Part shown: positions 46,495 through 54,351 of the stretch, piece by piece
Layout: every line of letters starts with the position of its first letter
How positions within the stretch are numbered: position 1 is the stretch's first letter
DNA from: Gammaproteobacteria bacterium
GTDB lineage: Bacteria > Pseudomonadota > Gammaproteobacteria > Steroidobacterales > Rariloculaceae
Reading direction: 5' to 3'
Assembly (NCBI GenBank): GCA_035548835.1
Contig: DASZSB010000194.1
Location: 13,832-77,831 of the forward strand
Length of the DNA: 64,000 nt
Notes under the pieces: model-generated
What the model was told of the DNA's origin: nothing
Database searches by the model: none
The model's input: the letters and a program-made list of their open reading frames with translations, nothing else
Made by a program: the position numbers and the translations under genes

Positions 46495-48111
46495 ATGCTG
46501 ATCCGAGTGAAGAACAAGCCGCGCAACCCCAACGAGCCGCTCCACGGCGGACGGCTGACGCGCCGTCAGCTGATCGGCCAGGGGTTATTGGCGGGTTCGG
46601 CCACGCTGCTGACGGGCGGATTCCTGGGCTTGTTCGCGAACCCGCGCGCGGCCTACGCCGCGCTCGCGAACGATCTGAAGCCGCTGACTCAGGCCTGCGG
46701 CATCAGCAACGGCGCGGGCAAGATTCCGTTCATCTGCTTCGACCTCGCGGGCGGCGGCAACATCGCCGGCTCGAACGTGCTGGTTGGCAAGGCCGGCGGG
46801 CAGCTGGATCTGCTCGGCACCGCGGGCTACAGCAAGCTCGGCATTCCAGGCGACCAGGTACCGGGCGTCACGGAGGCCGCGCGCACGGCCACGAGCAACG
46901 GCGACCACACGGACACGACGCTCGGCCTCGCGTTCCACAGCGACAGCGCCTATCTGCGCGGCATGCTGAGCCGCATGAGCACGACGACGCGCGCGAACGT
47001 CAACGGCGTGGTGATTCCGGCGCGCTCGGAGAACGACACGAGCAACAACCCGCACAATCCGCTGTACGCGATCCGCAAGGCGGGCGCGGACGGCTCGATC
47101 CTGACGCTGTGCGGCTCCCAGAACTCGGTGTCGGGCGGCAACTCGATGGCGCCGCTCGCGATGATCGATCCGACGGCACAGCCGACGAAAGTGGACCGTC
47201 CGAGCGACGTCACGGGCCTCGTCGACACGGGCCAGCTCGTGGGCCTGCTGAACGCATCGGACGCAACGGCGGTGCTCGAGTCGATCTACCGCATCAGCCG
47301 CGAGCGCATGAACAACGCCGTGAGCACCGGCCTGCCGATCACGCAGGACGAAGTGGTCAAGGATCTCGTGAACTGCGGCTACCTCAAGTCGGCGGACGTG
47401 GCCGACCGTTTCGGCAACGTGATTCTCGACCCGGGCCTCGACCCGGACATCGTCGGCGCGGCGGGCATCTTCTCGACGGCCGAGTGGAACAGCGGCGGCA
47501 CCGACCAGACCGAGTTCCGCAAGACGGCGTCCATCATGAAGCTGGTGGTCGAAGGCTTCGCGGGCGCCGGCGTCATCACGATGGGTGGCTACGACTACCA
47601 CAACGGCAACCGCATGGACGGCGAGGTCAGGGACGAGCGCGCCGGCAAGTGCATGGGTGCGTGCCTCGAGTTCGCCGCGCGCAGGGGCGTGCCGCTGATG
47701 ATGTACGTGTTCAGCGACGGCGCGATCTCGAGCAACGGCGCCATCGACAACTCGGTGAACGGCCGCGGCAAGGGCCAGTGGACCAGCGACAACCAGGACA
47801 CGGCTTCGCCGTTCTTCCTGGTCTACAAGCCCGGCGGCCGACCGACGATCTACACGGCGGATGGCGGCGCCCCGGCCGTTCACCAGCAGCTCGGCTCGTT
47901 CGCCGCGACCGGCGACGTCGTGCGCTCGGGCACTCCGGGCGCCAACAACGTGAATCTGCTGGTCGAGCAGGTGGTGCTGAACTACATGGCGCTGCATGGA
48001 CAGCAGGGCCAGTTCGCGAACGTGTTTCCGAACAACGGCCTGGGCTCGAACATCGATCGCCTGATCGGGCTCGCGCCGATCGTGAACAACGTGATCACGA
48101 ACCCGGTCTAG
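46495..48111 (+). CDS. Tat-exported protein resembling the DUF1501/DUF1552 (alkaline-phosphatase-superfamily-like) families
   Basis: It has a twin-arginine signal (GGRLTRRQLIGQGLLAGSATLL...AYA). ICFDLAGGGN and ITMGGYDYHNGN are reminiscent of the GG.D.H metal-site motif of DUF1501. GAGGG precedes the ATG. Confidence 0.7.
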   Translation: MLIRVKNKPRNPNEPLHGGRLTRRQLIGQGLLAGSATLLTGGFLGLFANPRAAYAALANDLKPLTQACGISNGAGKIPFICFDLAGGGNIAGSNVLVGKAGGQLDLLGTAGYSKLGIPGDQVPGVTEAARTATSNGDHTDTTLGLAFHSDSAYLRGMLSRMSTTTRANVNGVVIPARSENDTSNNPHNPLYAIRKAGADGSILTLCGSQNSVSGGNSMAPLAMIDPTAQPTKVDRPSDVTGLVDTGQLVGLLNASDATAVLESIYRISRERMNNAVSTGLPITQDEVVKDLVNCGYLKSADVADRFGNVILDPGLDPDIVGAAGIFSTAEWNSGGTDQTEFRKTASIMKLVVEGFAGAGVITMGGYDYHNGNRMDGEVRDERAGKCMGACLEFAARRGVPLMMYVFSDGAISSNGAIDNSVNGRGKGQWTSDNQDTASPFFLVYKPGGRPTIYTADGGAPAVHQQLGSFAATGDVVRSGTPGANNVNLLVEQVVLNYMALHGQQGQFANVFPNNGLGSNIDRLIGLAPIVNNVITNPV

Positions 48112-48165
48112 CGCAACGGCTTCGGAAGCGAGTTTCGGTTGTTCCTCTAGCGTGTGATCGCGGTT

Positions 48166-48202
48166 GCCCGGCCAGGGACGGCCGGGCCACCGCTCCTTTT
48201 TT
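48166..48202 (+). terminator. candidate rho-independent terminator of the 42639-48111 operon
   Basis: GCCCGGCC-AGGGAC-GGCCGGGC forms an 8 bp GC stem (48166-48187). A 9 nt spacer and TTTTTT (48197-48202) follow. The spacer is longer than ideal. Confidence 0.4.
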
Positions 48203-48316
48203 CGAGGCCCTTCCTCTCGTCGCGCGCTGCGCCCAACACACCGTTGCGGAGGCGGTGCGCGCCACGGTCCGCCTGCGCGCCCCAGGGTACCCGGCGCGAC
48301 GCAGAGGCCGGGAAAC

Positions 48317-49351
48317 TCAGCGGGCGTGCAGCGTCGACTGCAGCTCGGCGAGGACCGACAGCGCGATCGACTCCGGCGAGTCCGCCCCGATGTCGAGGCC
48401 GACCGGCCCCTTGAGACGCGCGCGCAGCGGCGCAGCCGCGTCGCCGAGATCGGCCAGCAGCCGGTCGCGCCGCGCTCGCGGTCCGAGCACGCCGACGTAG
48501 CGATGCGTGTGCTGGGCGAGCTCGCCGAGATACTTGCGGTCGGTCGGCAGGTGGTGACTCATGACGACGACCGCATCGAACTCGGCCAGCGGCACCTCGC
48601 GCGCCACCTGCCCCGCCTCCACGAGCACCTTGCGGTCGGCGCGATCGAACCCCGGTCGCGCGACGTACGCCGGTCGATGATCGGCCACGGTCACGAACCA
48701 GCCGAGCTCCACGGCCATGCCGACCAGCGGCACGGCGTCGAGCCCGCCGCCGAGCACGAGCAGCCTCGGAATCGGGCGCAGGGGGGCGTGGAGCACGGTG
48801 GTACCACCCTCGGCGACGAGGCAGACCTGACCGTCCGCAGCGGCGCGCCGCGCACCGGCCACGATCGCCGCGGGCGCCGCCGCGGCGAACCCGAACGCGT
48901 CCGTCTTCTCGGCCGTCACGATCACGGTGCCCCCTGCGTCGGCGCCTTCGATCACCGTGGCGAGCCCGCCGCCGCGGCTGCCGCGCAGCAGCGTCGCGAT
49001 CGACTCGAACGGCTCGTATCCGCGCGCAGGCAGCAACGGCTGCAGGAACACCCGCAGCAGGCCATTGCAGCCGACGGCAAGCCCCCAGAGCTCGTCCGCC
49101 GCATCGCGCAGATCATAGGTGACGGCAGCCGGTCGATCGGCCGCGATGACCTGGCGGGCGCGCTCCGCGAGATCGCCCTCGAGGCACCCGCCGCTGACGA
49201 GCCCGCGATAGTCGCCGCTCCCGGCAATCAGGATGCGATGGCCCGCCTTGGTGTAGGTCGAGCCGAGCGTGTCGTAGACCGTGGCGAGCACCAGCGGCTC
49301 GCCGGCGGTCCGCCACGCTTCGAAAGACTGCAGGATCTGCCGAGCGCTCAT
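48317..49351 (-). CDS. XdhC/CoxI-family molybdoenzyme maturation protein
   Basis: LVLATVYDTLGSTYTKAGHRILIAGSGDYRGLVSGGCLE and the Rossmann-like LLVLGGGLDAVPL match the family. I placed the start at MSARQIL (49351). Confidence 0.8.
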   Translation of the reverse strand: MSARQILQSFEAWRTAGEPLVLATVYDTLGSTYTKAGHRILIAGSGDYRGLVSGGCLEGDLAERARQVIAADRPAAVTYDLRDAADELWGLAVGCNGLLRVFLQPLLPARGYEPFESIATLLRGSRGGGLATVIEGADAGGTVIVTAEKTDAFGFAAAAPAAIVAGARRAAADGQVCLVAEGGTTVLHAPLRPIPRLLVLGGGLDAVPLVGMAVELGWFVTVADHRPAYVARPGFDRADRKVLVEAGQVAREVPLAEFDAVVVMSHHLPTDRKYLGELAQHTHRYVGVLGPRARRDRLLADLGDAAAPLRARLKGPVGLDIGADSPESIALSVLAELQSTLHAR

Positions 49352-49553
49352 GCGTGCGAGGACCCATCTTCGGGGCGGCCAATATGCCAGCGGCGAAGCC
49401 CGCTTGCACCCCGGCACGGAGGGCTACCCCCTCCGGAGCATCCGGACATAATGCCCCGCACGCTGGCTGGCCGGGTCAACGCCTGACCCGCACCGTCAGT
49501 CCGAGTGGACATAAAGGCCGCGCACACGTACTGCCGGCGCGGCCGTCGATGGG

Positions 49554-49569
49554 TGGCACGTGTCTTGCT
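49554..49569 (+). promoter_or_regulatory. sigma-54 (RpoN) promoter, -24/-12 elements
   Basis: TGGCAC-GTGTC-TTGCT is an exact match to the TGGCAC-N5-TTGCW consensus (GG at 49555-56, GC at 49567-68). It lies 42 nt upstream of the ATG at 49611 and upstream of a type IV pilin gene, a class known to be RpoN-dependent in several Gammaproteobacteria. Confidence 0.6.
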
Positions 49570-49610
49570 CCTCTGCTCCCAGTCGCCACGCCGATGGACG
49601 GGGGAACGAA

Positions 49611-49892
49611 ATGGAAGTGCGAGTGCTGAATTCGCTGCCAGGCAACGACTGTCCGGATCAGGACTACATTCGCGTGCACACGTGCTCCGCCCCGGAAGAC
49701 GACACGGTGACCCTGGCCACGATCGAACGCATCACCGACAGGACCACCGCCAGCCGCACGACGAAGCGCGTGCGCACGCTCCTGGGTCGCCGGCCGATGT
49801 CGGTCGATGCGGCGCTCGAGCTCGCGACGAGCTATGCCGAGCGCAAACAGGTCCCCATCGTGTACGCTGAGCCAGTCACACCGGGACGGTGA
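49611..49892 (+). CDS. hypothetical protein (93 aa) between the sigma-54 promoter and the pilin gene
   Basis: The ATG is preceded by GGGGGA. Third-position GC is mostly high, which is coding-like. The product begins MEVRVLNSLPGNDCPDQDYIRVHTCSAPEDD... and I recognise no family. Confidence 0.45.
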   Translation: MEVRVLNSLPGNDCPDQDYIRVHTCSAPEDDTVTLATIERITDRTTASRTTKRVRTLLGRRPMSVDAALELATSYAERKQVPIVYAEPVTPGR

Positions 49893-49920
49893 GACGCACA
49901 AGCAGACTCCGGACGAAGCA

Positions 49921-50451
49921 ATGACGAATTCTTCGCTGACAACGACCTCGCCTTCACTGTCGCGCGGCTTCACGCTGATCGAGCTCATGATCGTGGTGGC
50001 GATCATCGGCATTCTCGCCGCCATCGCCATCCCTGCATACCAGACCTACACGATCCGGGCGCAGGTGGCCGAGGGCCTCAACATGGGGGCCCATGCGAAG
50101 ACGCGCGTCCAGGAATCGTTCCTGAACCACGGCGAAGCACCGACCGATCGCGCCGCGGCCGGACTCTCGCCGAACGCCACCGACACCGTCGGCAAGTACG
50201 TGCAATCGGTCGACGTGAACAACGGCGTGCTGGTCGTTACGTTCGGCAACGAAGCGAACGCGGCTATCGCGGGCCTGACGCTGACGATGACGCCTTACGA
50301 AACGCAGGGCTTGGGCGTGGTCTGGCGTTGCGGTGCCGCGCCGCCGCCGCCAGCCGCACAACTGCTCGGCACTTCGGGTGGCGGTAACGCGGCCGTCTAT
50401 ATCGCCCCGACGGTGCCGGTTCACTACCTGCCGGCGTCGTGCCGGCCGTAA
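49921..50451 (+). CDS. pilA: type IV pilin (PilA-like major pilin)
   Basis: It has the class III signal and prepilin cleavage site G|FTLIELMIVVAIIGILAAIAIPAYQ. The C-terminal cysteine pair (WRCG...PASCRP) fits the D-region disulfide. The leader before G|F is 16 residues. Confidence 0.85.
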   Translation: MTNSSLTTTSPSLSRGFTLIELMIVVAIIGILAAIAIPAYQTYTIRAQVAEGLNMGAHAKTRVQESFLNHGEAPTDRAAAGLSPNATDTVGKYVQSVDVNNGVLVVTFGNEANAAIAGLTLTMTPYETQGLGVVWRCGAAPPPPAAQLLGTSGGGNAAVYIAPTVPVHYLPASCRP

Positions 50452-50457
50452 CGGCCC

Positions 50458-51054
50458 TCACTCCTCGGCCGGAGCCGTGACGCCGGACCAGCGGCGCACG
50501 AGCGGCGAATCGAGATCGAACAGATCGAGCACTCGCCCCACCGTCTGATCCACCATCGCATCGAGAGTCTCGGGCCGCGCGTAGAACGCGGGCACCGGTG
50601 GGAACACCACGGCACCCATCTCCGTCACCGTGACCATGTTGCGCAGATGCACGAGCCCGAGCGGCGTCTCGCGCGCCAGCAACACGAGCCGCCGGCGCTC
50701 CTTCAGCGTCACGTCGGCCGCTCGCGCGACGAGAGTGTCCGTGACGCCCGTGGCAACCGCCGCCAGCGTGCGCATGGAGCACGGCGCCACGATCATGCCG
50801 TCGGTGCGAAACGAGCCGCTCGCGATCGCGGCGCCGATATCGCGGTCGGCGTGCACCACGTCGCCCAGGGACTCGAGCTCCGACCGCCCGATGTCGAGCT
50901 CGGCCGCGGCGCTCAGAAAACCGGCCTTCGACACGACGAGATGGGTCTCCACCCCGCCGTGACGTCGCAACTCCCGAAGCAGCCGCACGCCATAGATGGC
51001 GCCGGTCGCGCCGGTGATCGCAACGACGATCCGCCGCTTGCCCGTGTTGCTCAT
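50458..51054 (-). CDS. ubiX: flavin prenyltransferase UbiX
   Basis: RIVVAITGATGAIYGVRLL...MIVAPCSMRTLAAVATGVTD.L..RAADV.LKERR.LVL is the UbiX/Pad1 signature. I placed the start at MSNTGKRR (51054). Confidence 0.9.
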   Translation of the reverse strand: MSNTGKRRIVVAITGATGAIYGVRLLRELRRHGGVETHLVVSKAGFLSAAAELDIGRSELESLGDVVHADRDIGAAIASGSFRTDGMIVAPCSMRTLAAVATGVTDTLVARAADVTLKERRRLVLLARETPLGLVHLRNMVTVTEMGAVVFPPVPAFYARPETLDAMVDQTVGRVLDLFDLDSPLVRRWSGVTAPAEE

Positions 51055-51124
51055 GTCGCCGTCGCACCACCCGCCTGCCCGGTCGCAGAATAGCATGCGC
51101 CCCATCCACGAGCCGGCGCTGCGA

Positions 51125-51155
51125 TTGACAATGCCGATTGCCGCCCGGCTACACT
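51125..51155 (+). promoter_or_regulatory. possible sigma-70 promoter for modBC
   Basis: TTGACA (51125-51130) and TACACT (51150-51155) are separated by 19 nt, which is longer than optimal. Confidence 0.25.
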
Positions 51156-51183
51156 GGCCGCCCCGAAATCCTGGACCGTGCGG

Positions 51184-51861
51184 ATGACGGCTTTCGAGCT
51201 CGGACCCGTCGCCTTGAGCCTGAAGCTCGCGGCCGTCACCGTGATCGTGCTGCTCGTGCTCGCGACACCGCTCGCCTGGTGGCTCGCGTTCACGCGCAGC
51301 CGCTCGCGCACGATCGTCGAAGCCATCGTCGCACTCCCGCTCGTGCTGCCACCGACCGTGCTCGGGTTCTACCTGCTCGTGCTGCTCGGCCCCGCCGGGG
51401 CGATCGGGCGCCTGTGGGTGCAGCTGACCGATCACACGCTGACGTTCTCATTCGCCGGCCTCGTCGTGGCTTCGGTCATCTACTCTTTTCCATTCACCGT
51501 GCAACCGCTCCAGGCCGCGTTCGAGAGCGTCGGCAGGGCACCTCTCGAAGCCGCGGCCACGCTCGGCGCGGCGCCACTCGACGCGTTCCTGCGGGTGGCC
51601 TCCCCGCTCGCACTGCGCGGCTATGTCTCGGCCGTCGTGCTGAGCTTCGCGCACACGCTGGGCGAGTTCGGTGTAGTGCTCATGGTCGGCGGCAACATCC
51701 CCGATCGCACGAAGGTCATCTCGATCGCCGTCTACGAGCACGTCGAGACTCTGGAATACGCGCAGGCTCACATGCTGGCCGCCGGCCTGCTCGCGTTCTC
51801 GTTCGTCGTGCTGCTGTCCGTGTACGCGCTGAACCGGCGCATGCCGCTCGTGAAGACCTGA
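51184..51861 (+). CDS. modB: molybdate ABC transporter permease
   Basis: It has ModB-like length and an N-terminus matching the family (LSLKLAAVTVIVLLVLATPLAWWL), with an EAA-loop region (EAAATLGA). The start is ATG 51184 or GTG 51178. Confidence 0.85.
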   Translation: MTAFELGPVALSLKLAAVTVIVLLVLATPLAWWLAFTRSRSRTIVEAIVALPLVLPPTVLGFYLLVLLGPAGAIGRLWVQLTDHTLTFSFAGLVVASVIYSFPFTVQPLQAAFESVGRAPLEAAATLGAAPLDAFLRVASPLALRGYVSAVVLSFAHTLGEFGVVLMVGGNIPDRTKVISIAVYEHVETLEYAQAHMLAAGLLAFSFVVLLSVYALNRRMPLVKT

Positions 51862-51872
51862 GGGCCCGCGCC

Positions 51873-52955
51873 GTGAGCACGCTGGAGCTCGACGTCAGTC
51901 TCGAGAGACCGGGGTTCACGCTCGCCGTGCGGCATACGCAGCCGCTCGAAGGCATTACGGCCCTGTTCGGCCCGAGCGGCTCCGGCAAGACCACGCTGCT
52001 GCGCGTGCTGGCGGGCCTCGAGCGGGCGCGCGGCCGCGTCACCTTCGACGGCAACCTGTGGCAGGACGATCGGCACTGGGTCCCGGCGCACCGGCGCGGC
52101 ATCGGCTACGTGTTCCAGGACGGACGTTTGTTCCCGCACCTCACGGTCCGCGACAACCTCGTATTCGCGGCGCAACGCGCCGCGCAGCGGGCGCCGGCCC
52201 GTACCATCCGGCTCGACGCCGCCGTGGCGGCACTCGACCTGGCCGCGCTGTTGGCACGGCGACCGGGCTCGCTGTCCGGCGGCGAGCAGCAGCGCGTCGC
52301 CATCGCCCGGGCGCTGCTGACCACTCCGCGGCTGCTGCTCATGGACGAACCGCTGTCGTCGCTCGACGTCGGCCGCAAACGGGAAATCCTGCCGCTGATC
52401 GAAGAGCTGCCGCGCACGTTCGGTGTGCCGGTGCTCTATGTCACGCACAACGTCGACGAGGTCGCGCGCCTCGCCTCCCGCGCACTGCTGCTCGCGGCCG
52501 GCCGGATCGCGGCGCACGGCACCGTGACCGAGGTGTTCGAGCGCCTCGATCTCGAATCGTATACGGGCGGTCTCGAAGCCGGCGCGGTGCTGCGCGCGCG
52601 CGTCGTCGAGCAACGCGACGGCTTGGCCACGCTGGCCGTCGGCGCGCAGCGCCTGCGGGTGCCGATGGGGGATGCGCCGCCCGGCGCCCTGCGCCCGCTC
52701 CGCATCCACGCGCGCGACGTCGCCATCGCCACCGAGCGGCCGCGCCAGCTCAGCATCCGCAACGTGCTCACGGCGACGATCCTCCGGATCGACGGCGCCG
52801 CGTCCGGGAACGTCGACCTGCTGCTCGACGTGGACGGCGAGCACCTGCGATCGCGAATCACTCGCGACGCATGTGACGAGCTCGGCCTCGAAACGGGCCA
52901 GAACGTCTTCGCCCTGATCAAAAGTGTCGCGCTCGAAAGTACACTGCTCGGCTGA
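51873..52955 (+). CDS. modC: molybdate ABC transporter ATP-binding protein with C-terminal TOBE/Mop domains
   Basis: It has Walker A (GPSGSGKTT), the LSGGEQQRVAIARAL signature, Walker B (LLLMDEP) and a C-terminal Mop-like repeat. It starts at a GTG at 51873. Confidence 0.85.
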   Translation: MSTLELDVSLERPGFTLAVRHTQPLEGITALFGPSGSGKTTLLRVLAGLERARGRVTFDGNLWQDDRHWVPAHRRGIGYVFQDGRLFPHLTVRDNLVFAAQRAAQRAPARTIRLDAAVAALDLAALLARRPGSLSGGEQQRVAIARALLTTPRLLLMDEPLSSLDVGRKREILPLIEELPRTFGVPVLYVTHNVDEVARLASRALLLAAGRIAAHGTVTEVFERLDLESYTGGLEAGAVLRARVVEQRDGLATLAVGAQRLRVPMGDAPPGALRPLRIHARDVAIATERPRQLSIRNVLTATILRIDGAASGNVDLLLDVDGEHLRSRITRDACDELGLETGQNVFALIKSVALESTLLG

Positions 52956-52975
52956 CACAACACCGACGAACCGTC

Positions 52976-53923
52976 ATGAACGTCACGAACCTCGATTCCG
53001 CCACCTTCGGCGTCACCGACCTCGCCGCCTGCCGGCGCTTCTGGACCGATTTCGGCCTCGTGGAGAGCCAGGCCGAGGGCGCCACGGTGTTCACGTGCAG
53101 AAACGGCAGCACGGTCGTGCTGCGCGCGGCGGACGATCCGGCCCTGCCCGCCCCCATCGAGCCCGGCGCCACGCAGCGCGAGGCGACGTTCGGCGTGCGC
53201 TCGCCGGCCGACCTGCGCGCAATCGCGGCAGAGCTCGAGCGCGACCGGCCGGTTCGCGTGGACGCGGACGGCACCGTGCACGCCACGGACCCGCTCGGCT
53301 TCGCGATCGCGTTTCGCGTGGCGCGCGCCACGCGCATCGCAGCCCCCGAGCTGAAGTTCAACACGCCGGGCCATCCCGATCGCATCAACACGCGCGGCCA
53401 GTTCTTCTCCTCGGCCACACCGCTCGAGATGACGCACACGGTGTTCATGATCGACGATGCGGACAAGGTGGTGCCGTTCTACACGGAGCGCCTGGGGTTC
53501 ATCGTCAGCGACTGCTATCCCGGCCGCGGCTACTTCCTGCGCGGCGGCGCGTCGAATCACCATCACGACCTGTTCCTGCTGAACATCGGCAGGAAACGCG
53601 GCTTCCACCACCTCGCGTTCGAGCTCGGCAGCATCCACGAGCTGTTCGGCGGCGGCCTGAACATGACGCGCCGCGGCTGGCGCACGGCGCTCGGCCCGGG
53701 CCGGCACCCGATTTCGTCGTGCTACTTCTGGTACTTCCACTCGCCGTGCGGCGGCGCCGCGGAGTACGACTTCGACTCGGACCAGGTCGACGAGCGCTGG
53801 GTGCCGGGCACCTTCCAGCAGACACCCGAGGTGTTCGCGGAATGGTGCCTCGCCGAGGGCATGGCCGATTCGCTGCTCTACAAGGGCGTGCAGAGCGCCG
53901 ACACCATCAAGCGCAAGGATTGA
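52976..53923 (+). CDS. two-domain VOC-family (glyoxalase/extradiol dioxygenase-like) protein
   Basis: The 315 aa product has paired beta-alpha-beta-beta-beta modules. FHHLAFEL and HTVFMIDD are histidine motifs typical of type I extradiol dioxygenases. Confidence 0.7.
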   Translation: MNVTNLDSATFGVTDLAACRRFWTDFGLVESQAEGATVFTCRNGSTVVLRAADDPALPAPIEPGATQREATFGVRSPADLRAIAAELERDRPVRVDADGTVHATDPLGFAIAFRVARATRIAAPELKFNTPGHPDRINTRGQFFSSATPLEMTHTVFMIDDADKVVPFYTERLGFIVSDCYPGRGYFLRGGASNHHHDLFLLNIGRKRGFHHLAFELGSIHELFGGGLNMTRRGWRTALGPGRHPISSCYFWYFHSPCGGAAEYDFDSDQVDERWVPGTFQQTPEVFAEWCLAEGMADSLLYKGVQSADTIKRKD

Positions 53924-53955
53924 CACCGGAAGAACGTAACGTTCTCATCATCGAT

Positions 53956-54351
53956 ATGACCAAGAAACACGAAGCATACGAAGACATTCCCGGCACGTGG
54001 GTGTTCGACGCCGAGCGCGCTCGACGCGGATACCACCTGAACGCGTTCCTGTATTCGCTGATGAAGGCGGAGAACCGCGCCGAGTTCCTGGCCGACGAGC
54101 GCAAGTACCTGCAGAAGTTCCCGATGACGGAAGCCCAGCGCGACGCCGTGGTGAACCGCGCGTGGAACACGCTGCTCGAGCTCGGCGGCGTGTCGTACGC
54201 GCTCGCGAAGCTCGCGTTCACGGACAAGAAGTCGTATCAGTACATGGCGTCGCAGATGGTCGGCGTACCTGAAAGCGAATACGTGAAGATGATGCTGGCA
54301 GGCGGTCGATCGCCGGACGGCTGGCGCTCCAAAGCCGAGAGGAAAGACTGA
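53956..54351 (+). CDS. ligA: protocatechuate 4,5-dioxygenase alpha subunit
   Basis: DIPGTWVFDAERARRGYHLNAFLYSLMKAENRAEFLADERKYL...MMLAGGRSPDG is close to my recollection of Sphingobium LigA and Comamonas PmdA. Confidence 0.8.
   Translation: MTKKHEAYEDIPGTWVFDAERARRGYHLNAFLYSLMKAENRAEFLADERKYLQKFPMTEAQRDAVVNRAWNTLLELGGVSYALAKLAFTDKKSYQYMASQMVGVPESEYVKMMLAGGRSPDGWRSKAERKD

Noticed and set aside
43074-46532. 1152 aa minus-strand ORF
   Set aside because: It is antisense to the heme and LamG lipoprotein genes, which have signal peptides, CXXCH motifs and SD sequences. The antisense product is RR/AR-rich low complexity with no start context.
50424-50470. Short GGCCG-TAA-CGGCC hairpin at the pilA/ubiX convergent junction as a bidirectional terminator
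   Set aside because: The stem is only 5 bp, it overlaps the pilA stop codon, and neither side has a U-run. That is too weak to call a terminator.
51055-51183. ModE operator upstream of modB
   Set aside because: I looked for the TATAT-N7-TAYAT-type palindrome known from E. coli and found nothing similar. Only a weak sigma-70-like promoter is reported, at low confidence.
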